Shown here piece by piece: positions 1 through 7,878 of a stretch of DNA of 32,000 bases. The first letter of the stretch is position 1, and each line of letters starts with the position of its first letter. The position numbers were made by a program, and so were the translations under genes. Source of the stretch: Aquifex aeolicus VF5 (lineage in GTDB: Bacteria > Aquificota > Aquificia > Aquificales > Aquificaceae); contig NC_000918.1 of assembly GCF_000008625.1 (NCBI RefSeq), positions 1,140,001 through 1,172,000 of the forward strand, given 5' to 3'. A model generated the notes under the pieces. That model ran no database searches. It was not told the DNA's origin and saw only the letters and a list, made by a program, of their open reading frames with translations.

Positions 1-6
1 CGAAGA

Positions 7-756
7 GTGAAAGTAATATTCCTAGGAACAGCGGGCGGAAGAGTTGTAACCTTCAACTTAATAAGGCGTTCTGGAGGTTTCCTTTTAGAGGAAAACAGCA
101 GTTACCTTCACGTTGACCCCGGTCCCGGAGCTTTCGTTTACCTTCATCAGCTCGGTATAGATTACAAAAAAATAGATTTAATAGTCCTCTCCCACCTCCA
201 CTTGGACCACTCAGCCGATGTGAATACGCTTATAGAGGCTGCCACAAACGGCGGTAAGTACAGAAACCTCTCTCTCTTTGCTCCCAAAAGTGCCCTTGAA
301 GGAGCAGACCGAGTAGTTTTTCCCTACAACAGGCGAAGACTTGTCAAAGAAGAAACTTTCAGCGAAGGCTCGGAGCACCATTACAAAAACTGGAAAGTTA
401 AGGCGGTAATAAAACACAAACACCACAGGACGGAAACTTACGGACTTTTTCTTCAAAACAAAGTGGTTTACGTTTCCTGCGCGGGATTCGAAGAAAGGAT
501 GCTCACGCTTTACCCCAAAAACGCGGACTTGATGATAATAAATACAACCTTTTACAGGAAAAGACCCAACGTTGAACACCTTTCGGCGGAAGATGCAAAG
601 GTTTTAATCTCTCACCTGAAACCTAAAAAAGCCGTAATAACACACTACTCCATGGAGATGCTACAGATAGGCCCCGATAAAGTTGCTGAGGAGATAACAA
701 AAGAAACGGGAATTGAAACGATAGCGGCGAAAGACAACATGATTCTTGAGATATAA
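7..756 (+). CDS. MBL-fold metallo-hydrolase
   Basis: GTG-start ORF; N-terminal VIFLGTAGG and the metal-binding motif SHLHLDHSAD are typical of the metallo-beta-lactamase fold. Confidence 0.85.
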   Translation: MKVIFLGTAGGRVVTFNLIRRSGGFLLEENSSYLHVDPGPGAFVYLHQLGIDYKKIDLIVLSHLHLDHSADVNTLIEAATNGGKYRNLSLFAPKSALEGADRVVFPYNRRRLVKEETFSEGSEHHYKNWKVKAVIKHKHHRTETYGLFLQNKVVYVSCAGFEERMLTLYPKNADLMIINTTFYRKRPNVEHLSAEDAKVLISHLKPKKAVITHYSMEMLQIGPDKVAEEITKETGIETIAAKDNMILEI

Positions 757-764
757 TTCAGTAA

Positions 765-1145
<381 letters not shown>

Positions 1146-1157
1146 ATTAAAAATTTC

Positions 1158-2027
1158 ATGAAAACCCTCTACATTTTGGACGGCTCTTCATTCGTTTACA
1201 GAAGTTTCTTCGCACTCCCTCCCCTCAGTACAAGTAAAGGTTTTCCCACGAACGCTATATACGGTTTCTTGAGGATGTTATTTTCCCTTATTAAGAAAGA
1301 AAGACCTCAGTACTTGGTCGTGGTCTTTGATGCTCCCGCAAAGACAAAAAGGGAAAAAATATACGCAGACTATAAAAAACAAAGACCGAAAGCCCCGGAT
1401 CCACTAAAGGTTCAAATTCCCGTAATAAAGGAAATACTAAAACTCGCCGGTATACCCCTTTTAGAACTTCCCGGATACGAAGCAGACGACGTTATAGCTT
1501 ACTTGGCAGAAAAATTTTCCCAAAAAGGTTTTAAAGTAAAGATTTACTCCCCGGACAAAGACCTTTTACAGCTCGTGTCCGAAAACGTTCTGGTCATAAA
1601 CCCTATGAACGATGAAGTGTTCACAAAAGAAAGAGTAATAAAGAAGTTCGGAGTAGAACCCCAAAAAATACCAGACTACCTCGCACTCGTAGGAGATAAA
1701 GTGGACAACGTCCCCGGAATAGAAGGCGTAGGACCAAAAACGGCTATAAACATACTTAAAAAGTACGGCAGTGTGGAAAATATCTTAAAAAACTGGGAAA
1801 AGTTTCAAAGAGAGTTTCCAAGGGCAAAAAAAGAAGACTTAGAACTCTCCTACAAGCTCGTAAAACTCTACACGGATTTAGATATTGAACTCTCCGAAGA
1901 AGATTTAAAGATAAAACGACCTGATCTGAATAAACTAAAACAAAAACTTCAAGAACTTGAGATGAAGAGCCTTTTAAAAGAAGTGGATAAGATTTTCAGA
2001 CAGGCTTCTCAGAGATCGTTGTTTTGA
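1158..2027 (+). CDS. stand-alone 5'-3' exonuclease (DNA polymerase I N-terminal domain type)
   Basis: MKTLYILDGSSFVYRSFFA, YEADDVIA, PDKDLLQLV, LVGDKVDNVPGIEGVGPKTA motifs; ORF ends after about 289 aa with no polymerase domain. Confidence 0.93.
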   Translation: MKTLYILDGSSFVYRSFFALPPLSTSKGFPTNAIYGFLRMLFSLIKKERPQYLVVVFDAPAKTKREKIYADYKKQRPKAPDPLKVQIPVIKEILKLAGIPLLELPGYEADDVIAYLAEKFSQKGFKVKIYSPDKDLLQLVSENVLVINPMNDEVFTKERVIKKFGVEPQKIPDYLALVGDKVDNVPGIEGVGPKTAINILKKYGSVENILKNWEKFQREFPRAKKEDLELSYKLVKLYTDLDIELSEEDLKIKRPDLNKLKQKLQELEMKSLLKEVDKIFRQASQRSLF

Positions 2028-2857
2028 TATATCTCCCTCAGAACACTCAAATTCACCGGATCCATGTTATTCTCTTTGGGAGTTTCTATGTAGTAGGGAA
2101 GTGTTGAAAAGTACTCATCCTTCAGAAGATTTTTAAACCCTTCAAGACCTATATACCCCTTTCCTATGTGCTCGTGACGATCCTTTCTGCCCCCTAAGGG
2201 AACTTTACTGTCGTTAGCATGAACTGCCTTTACACTCTCGAGTCCTACCATTTTTTCAATTTCCCTTTTAAAGTTCTCAAATCCCTCTTTAGTGTTTATC
2301 TCGTACCCGTAGGCAAAGGCGTGGCAGGTGTCCAGACAAACGCCAAGTTTAATTCCCCTGAAAACGTTCATGATTTCCTTCAACTCTTTAAAGTTCTTTC
2401 CGAGATCTCCCCTTTCTCCTGCGGTGTTTTCCAGTAAAACGGTTGTAAACTTCGGCGTGTATTCCGAAAAAACTTCTTCCAAAGATTTTATTACGTTTCT
2501 TAAACCTTCTTCGTCGCTTATTCCCTTGGCCGTTCCAGGGTGAAAGTTGTAAAAGTGTATCCCGACCTCGTCGCAAAACTTTAACTCTTCAAGGAAAACC
2601 TTTACGGATTTTTCCCTCAGTTCTTCGTTCGGAGAGGCGAGGTTGAGAAGATAAGGAGCGTGAACCATTACGGGGTTTTTAAAGTCCTTAAGCTTTTCTA
2701 TAAAAGCCTGTTTGGTTTCTTTATCTACACCCTTCCAGTACCAGGCCCTTGGACTCCTTAAGAAAAATTGAAAGACTTCCGCTCCGATATCCTTTGCCCT
2801 TTTAAAAGTTTTTAAGATGGAACCGGCAGAGGAAACGTGGGCACCGAAGAGAGCCAT
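2009..2857 (-). CDS. nfo: endonuclease IV (AP endonuclease)
   Basis: FGAHVSSAG start, LLENTAGERG, GVCLDTCHAFAYGYE, VHANDSKVPLGGRKDRHEHIGKGYIG motifs. Confidence 0.96.
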   Translation of the reverse strand: MALFGAHVSSAGSILKTFKRAKDIGAEVFQFFLRSPRAWYWKGVDKETKQAFIEKLKDFKNPVMVHAPYLLNLASPNEELREKSVKVFLEELKFCDEVGIHFYNFHPGTAKGISDEEGLRNVIKSLEEVFSEYTPKFTTVLLENTAGERGDLGKNFKELKEIMNVFRGIKLGVCLDTCHAFAYGYEINTKEGFENFKREIEKMVGLESVKAVHANDSKVPLGGRKDRHEHIGKGYIGLEGFKNLLKDEYFSTLPYYIETPKENNMDPVNLSVLREIYQNNDL

Positions 2858-3834
2858 TAAGCGTAAACCTTTTCCAGTTTCAGTTCTTCTTTTATTGCTT
2901 CAAGGAGTTTCTTTAAAGCTTCCTCGTAAGAATTCGTCTTTATCTTTGCTCCTGAGGCGTACTTGTGACCTCCACCGCCCAGCCTTTCCGCTATCTTCCC
3001 AACGTTTACGTTGCCTTTCGCCCTTAGAGACACCTTCCACACGCCTTCTTCCGGCTTTTCTATTAGTGCGTAAGCCACCTTCACACCTTCAATGGAACGG
3101 GGGTAATTAACTAGTCCTTCCGTGTCCTCGTAAGTGGTTCCCGTCTCGTCTAAGAATTTCTTGAACACAGTTATACCCGCAACTTTTCCGTCTTCGTGGA
3201 GTTGAAGGGTTTCCAGAACTTTAGCTATTAGCTTCATCTTGTTTACCTTTTCCCTTTCCATTACCATTGTGTACACGTAGTATGGATCCGCCCCGTAAGA
3301 CACGAGTTCCTTTGCAAGTTCAAAAGTCTTTTCATTTGTATTTGAGTATCTGAAGAATCCCGTATCCGTGGCAAGTCCCGTGTATATACACGTTGCTATG
3401 TCTTTATCTATAGCGGTCTCGTCCCAGTTCTTTATTATCTCATACACTAGTGCTGCAGTTGCGGGAGCGGTCGGGTCTATGTAGTCGTGCATCCCGTAGA
3501 ACTCACCGCCCACGTGATGATCTATCCTTATCCTCTTGCCCACTTTCACTTCTTTTCCGACTCTGTAAAAACCAGAAGCATCAACTACTATACCAACGTC
3601 GTAAAACTTACCGTCGGGATTTATCACATCCTCAACACCGGGTAAAAAGTCCAGAAAGTGAGGAACTCCGTCTTTAGAACCTATGTAAACTTCCTTTCCT
3701 TTCTTCTTTAAAAACTTGTAAAGTGCCAAACCGCTTCCAAGGGAATCCCCGTCCGGATTTTCGTGCGTGAGGATCAGTATGGAACCTTTTACGTTCTTCA
3801 AGAAGTCCACAATGGGAATGTTTTCCTTCGTCAT
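2857..3834 (-). CDS. DHH/DHHA1 family phosphoesterase (NrnA-like oligoribonuclease/pAp phosphatase)
   Basis: THENPDGDSLGS, VVIVDASGFYR-like region, RIDHHVGG, GGGGHKYASGAKI motifs; stop/start overlap with nfo. Confidence 0.88.
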   Translation of the reverse strand: MTKENIPIVDFLKNVKGSILILTHENPDGDSLGSGLALYKFLKKKGKEVYIGSKDGVPHFLDFLPGVEDVINPDGKFYDVGIVVDASGFYRVGKEVKVGKRIRIDHHVGGEFYGMHDYIDPTAPATAALVYEIIKNWDETAIDKDIATCIYTGLATDTGFFRYSNTNEKTFELAKELVSYGADPYYVYTMVMEREKVNKMKLIAKVLETLQLHEDGKVAGITVFKKFLDETGTTYEDTEGLVNYPRSIEGVKVAYALIEKPEEGVWKVSLRAKGNVNVGKIAERLGGGGHKYASGAKIKTNSYEEALKKLLEAIKEELKLEKVYA

Positions 3835-3905
3835 TTCTTCAACCCTCCAAGCTTTTTAATCTACTGAAAATTTTTATCAAATAATATGATTTTTTACAAA
3901 TAAAC

Positions 3906-4397
3906 TCAGGATTCCCTTTCAAGGATTCTCTCCCCCATCTTCAGGGAAATCTCAAGGGATTGAGCAAGTTCCTCTAAACTCCTTATTATCTCTCTGGAGG
4001 AAGAAAGTTCCAGTTTCTCTATGGCGTTTTCAATTTCCGCCATAACGTCTTCAAGTTTTTCGAGTATGGGTTTCCTCTCCACCTTCATACTCTCAAGGAA
4101 AAAGGGGGCGTACTTCTCTATTGCAGGAAGAAGGAGAGAAATCAGGGATAAACTCTCGGAAGAAAGGATTAAAGCCTCTTCTTTTATGTCCCTTTCCTGA
4201 ACCTCCTCCAGCTCCCCGAGTATAAGGGAAACGAGTTTCAGGTCCGCACTTATTCTTCTGAGTGTTTCGCTAACAGTCCCGATAACTTCGGGGGAGTACT
4301 TGGGGGGACTTACCAGGTAAGTGGTTGCCATCTTCTGTTGAAAGGCTATTTCTTCTTCCAGTTTGGACAAAAGGATGTGTATGGGATAAAACTCCAT
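3906..4397 (-). CDS. hypothetical helical protein, 163 aa
   Basis: Intact ORF, Leu/Glu-rich; no recognisable family. Confidence 0.6.
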   Translation of the reverse strand: MEFYPIHILLSKLEEEIAFQQKMATTYLVSPPKYSPEVIGTVSETLRRISADLKLVSLILGELEEVQERDIKEEALILSSESLSLISLLLPAIEKYAPFFLESMKVERKPILEKLEDVMAEIENAIEKLELSSSREIIRSLEELAQSLEISLKMGERILERES

Positions 4398-4449
4398 AAT
4401 GAATTTAAATTATACCTTTCAAAAGAAGGGAAAAGAAAAAGGGAAAATT

Positions 4450-5574
4450 TCAGGAAACGCCGGAGAGTGAGGATTTGTATTCTGCGACGAGCTCGGTATA
4501 ATCGTCAAACCAGTGAGCTTCTGGATTTCTCTTGAATACCATGAATTTACCCCTGTTTTCAGGGTCCGCAGCCCTGTGATACCTGAAGAATATATGCTCA
4601 TCGGTCTTTCCGAGGATTTCTATCTTTCCAGTTTCGTGGGACATGACGTACCTTACCCTTGCAGCAAGTCCTGACACCTCTGCCCTTACAGCTTCAACCA
4701 AGTCTATTGTTTCCTCTATCGGAGTTGAATAAGCTTTATTACCCGCGGTAGGTCTGCACTGGAACACGTAGTAAGGGGGTACTCCTATGAAGGAGAGTTC
4801 TTCAAGGAGCGTCTTTAGAGTTTCAAAGTCGTCGTTAATTCCCTTGAGTATAGGAGTCTGATTAGTAAGGGTGGTTCCCGTCTTTTGAACGAGTTCTACA
4901 GCCTTTCTTGCCTCTTTAGTTAACTCCCTTGGGTGGTTGAAGTGGTTCATGAGGTAAAGCTTTTTACCAGTTTCCGTGTTGAACCATTCAAAGAGTTCAA
5001 GGAGTTTGGGGTCGTCGAGAACTCTGAAGGGATTTACCGCGAGCATCTTAGAACCTATTCTTACTATCCTTACGTGGGGTATTTCAGCAAGAGCCTTTAA
5101 TATCTTCTCAAGTTTAAAGGTGGCAAGGATTAGCGGGTCTCCTCCGGTAAGGAGGACGTTGTTTATCTCAGGATGGTTCCTTATGTATTCAAGTCCTTCG
5201 GATACATCCCTTGCAACCTCGTCATTGTCGTTCATAAAGAGCCTCTTTCTGAAACAGAACCTGCAGTATATACCGCAAACGTCTGTCACGAGGAGCAGAG
5301 CCGTGTCGGGGTACTTGTGCTCAAGCCCGTGTACTTTCATGTACTTGCTCTCGTTTGAAGCGTCAAGCTTTCCCCACACTTCAAGCTCTTCCGTAGTGGG
5401 GATTACGATCCTCCTTATCGGGTCGTTCGGGTTGTCCCAGTTTATGAGGGAGTTGTAATAGGTGTTCGTCCTGAAGGCAAACTTTTCCGTAACCTTTTCA
5501 AGTTCCCTCCTCTCCTCCTCCGGAATTTCCTCTATGAATTTGAGGTCAATAATGTATTTAAGCTTCTTTCCCAT
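4450..5574 (-). CDS. kamA: lysine 2,3-aminomutase family radical SAM enzyme
   Basis: CGIYCRFCFRKR (radical SAM CxxxCxxC), NNVLLTGGDPL, HFNHPREL, YVFQCRP motifs. Confidence 0.9.
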   Translation of the reverse strand: MGKKLKYIIDLKFIEEIPEEERRELEKVTEKFAFRTNTYYNSLINWDNPNDPIRRIVIPTTEELEVWGKLDASNESKYMKVHGLEHKYPDTALLLVTDVCGIYCRFCFRKRLFMNDNDEVARDVSEGLEYIRNHPEINNVLLTGGDPLILATFKLEKILKALAEIPHVRIVRIGSKMLAVNPFRVLDDPKLLELFEWFNTETGKKLYLMNHFNHPRELTKEARKAVELVQKTGTTLTNQTPILKGINDDFETLKTLLEELSFIGVPPYYVFQCRPTAGNKAYSTPIEETIDLVEAVRAEVSGLAARVRYVMSHETGKIEILGKTDEHIFFRYHRAADPENRGKFMVFKRNPEAHWFDDYTELVAEYKSSLSGVS

Positions 5575-5675
5575 ACTTCACCTCCTTTTAGGGATTTTTT
5601 TAAAAGAAAGTGTTAAGAATTTTTTAAGAAACCGATTAATATAAGACGTGCTGTCTAAAAATATACACGCTGAAG

Positions 5676-5703
5676 TTGAAAATTTCAACCTGCCCCTTAT
5701 AAT
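5676..5703 (+). promoter_or_regulatory. predicted sigma70-type promoter for gpsA (TTGAAA-N16-TATAAT)
   Basis: -35 TTGAAA at 5676-5681, -10 TATAAT at 5698-5703; ATG at 5713. Confidence 0.55.
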
Positions 5704-5712
5704 TTAGAATTC

Positions 5713-6683
5713 ATGAGATTTTTTATACTGGGTGCGGGAAGGTGGGGAACACCCTCGCCACGCACCTTGACAGGAAAGGACACGAAGTTCTGCTCTACGA
5801 CATAAACGAAGAAGTGGTAAAGAAGATTAACGAAGGAATACATCCCTACGTTGAAGGAATTAGGTTTAAAAATGTAAAAGCCACTACGGATTTAAATCAA
5901 ATAAATGAGTTTAAAAATCTAATTTGTGCACTTCCAGTTCAGGTAATTCCAAAAGTAATCACGAAAGTAAACCTGAAGGGAAAGAACTTTATTTCTGCTT
6001 CAAAAGGAATAATCCATGAAAATTTAAAGAGAATTTCACAGCTCGTTAAAGAAATCGAACCTAAACTTAAATTTTTTGTTCTTTCTGGACCTTCCTTTGC
6101 GGAAGAGGTTTCAAAGGGACTTCCCACGGCCATAGTGCTGGCTTACGAGGACAAAGAAGAGGCAATGAAACTCCAGGACGCACTTGATTCTGAAAACTTC
6201 AACGTTTACTTGAACGACGATATAACAGGAGTTGAACTGGGAGGTGCTTTAAAAAACGTCATAGCGATTGCGGTGGGACTTTCGGACGGAATGGGCTACG
6301 GCTACAACGCAAGGAGTGCAATCATAACCAGAGGTTTGCACGAAATGGCAAATGTAGGTGAGAAGTTCGGGGCAAGGAGGGAAACGTTTTTCGGACTTTC
6401 AGGAGCGGGAGACCTTATACTGACTTCAACCTCTGACCTTTCAAGAAACAGGACCTTTGGAAAACTCCTTGGACAGGGATACAGCGTTGAGGAAGCCCTA
6501 AAGAAGATAAACCAAACCGTGGAGGGTGTAAAAACCGCAGAAGCACTATACGAAATTATCAAAAGGGAAAACATTTTCGCACCAATATGCGAAGGAGTTT
6601 ACAGGATAATCAAGGGTGAGGATCCTAAGAAGGTTTATCCTCACTTTCTTTCGAATCATCTAAGGGAGGAATTTCAGAGATAA
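5713..6683 (+). CDS. gpsA: NAD(P)-dependent glycerol-3-phosphate dehydrogenase, with an apparent 1-nt frameshift near 5744-5747
   Basis: ORF track starts at GTG 5742 ([13 protein letters not shown]...), but an upstream frame from ATG 5713 encodes [12 protein letters not shown], the missing start of the Rossmann GxGxWG motif; [12 protein letters not shown] and [17 protein letters not shown] motifs downstream. Confidence 0.9.
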
Positions 6684-6810
6684 CCTCTTCCTCAGAAATT
6701 AACTCTCCGTAGTAGTAGTACTCTTTGCACTTTTCACAGTACCAGATTCCCCCTCCGCAACACTCAACTATCACGAGAAGATTTCCGCATTTAGGACAAA
6801 GTTCCTTCAT
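6625..6810 (-). CDS. small zinc-ribbon-like protein, 61 aa
   Basis: CPKCGN...[14 protein letters not shown]; overlaps the gpsA 3' end on the opposite strand. Confidence 0.6.
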
Positions 6811-6814
6811 AACC

Positions 6815-7750
6815 TCAGGTAAAGAGGGAACTTACAGAAGTTCCCTCCTGTATCCTTCTTATGGCTTCTCCTATCAGGGGTGCGATGGAAACAACTTCCA
6901 GTTTACCGAACTTCTTTTCGTAAACGGGAAGCGTGTTCGTCACGATAACCTTTTCAATAGGGGAGTTTGTAAGCCTTTCTACCGCAGGACCGGAGAATAT
7001 ACCGTGCGTAGCGCAGGCTATAACCCTTTTAACACCTTTATTCACAAGAAGGTTTGCCGCAGCAACGAGCGTTCCGGCGGTGTCTATTATGTCGTCAACG
7101 ATTATAGCCTCTTTACCTTCTATGTCTCCTACAACGTCCATAACTTCCGCTTTGTTCGGTTCGGGTCTCCTTTTGAGTATTACTCCTATGCCACACCCTA
7201 GTTTGTTGGCAAGATCCCTCGCCCGCTTTACACCTCCGGCGTCCGGGGAAACGACTATTGGATTTTCTAAAACTACGTTCTTCCTGATGTAGTCGTAGAG
7301 CACGGGGATTGCGGTTAAATGCTCAACGGGTATGTCAAAAAAGCCCTGTATTTGCGGGGAGTGAAGGTCAACAACTATTACCCTGTTCGCCCCTGCCTTC
7401 TGGATAAGGTCTGCAACGAGCTTCGCGCTTATCGGAGTTCTGGGCTTGTCCTGCCTGTCCTGCCTCCCGTAGGCGTAATACGGAACTACCGCGGTAATTT
7501 CCTTGGGAGAGGAACGCTTTACAGCGTCGAGGGTAAGCAGGAGTTCCATTAAGTTATGGTTGACGGGGTTTGAGAGGGAAGTTATTACGTATACGTGATA
7601 GCCCCTGATACTTTCGTTTATTTGAACCCTTATCTCTCCGTCGGAGAAGGTGGTTATTAACGCGTCGGTAAGTCTCAGACCTAAGTATCCCGCTATCTCT
7701 TCGGAAAGGGTTTTATTGGAAGTTCCCGCAATTATTTTCACACCGTTCAT
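6815..7750 (-). CDS. prs: ribose-phosphate pyrophosphokinase
   Basis: FSDGEIRVQINESIRG, YYAYGRQDRQDKPRTPISAKL, VVVDLHSPQIQGFF, IVDDIIDTAGTLV (PRPP-binding) motifs. Confidence 0.96.
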   Translation of the reverse strand: MNGVKIIAGTSNKTLSEEIAGYLGLRLTDALITTFSDGEIRVQINESIRGYHVYVITSLSNPVNHNLMELLLTLDAVKRSSPKEITAVVPYYAYGRQDRQDKPRTPISAKLVADLIQKAGANRVIVVDLHSPQIQGFFDIPVEHLTAIPVLYDYIRKNVVLENPIVVSPDAGGVKRARDLANKLGCGIGVILKRRPEPNKAEVMDVVGDIEGKEAIIVDDIIDTAGTLVAAANLLVNKGVKRVIACATHGIFSGPAVERLTNSPIEKVIVTNTLPVYEKKFGKLEVVSIAPLIGEAIRRIQEGTSVSSLFT

Positions 7751-7761
7751 GGAGGATTAAA

Positions 7762-7837
7762 TGGCTGGGGCGCCAGGACTCGAACCTGGAACCCCCGGAT
7801 CCAAAGTCCGGTGCTCTGCCAGTTGAGCTACGCCCCA
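7762..7837 (-). tRNA. tRNA-Gln (anticodon UUG), CCA encoded
   Basis: Minus strand TGGGGCGTAGCTCAACTGGCAGAGCACCGGACTTTGGATCCGGGGGTTCCAGGTTCGAGTCCTGGCGCCCCAGCCA folds as a full cloverleaf: acceptor TGGGGCG/CGCCCCA, anticodon loop CTTTGGA, T loop TTCGAGT. Confidence 0.97.
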
Positions 7838-7878
7838 AGCCTTCCAGAAATAATATTATATACAATCCTCTCCTGTGT

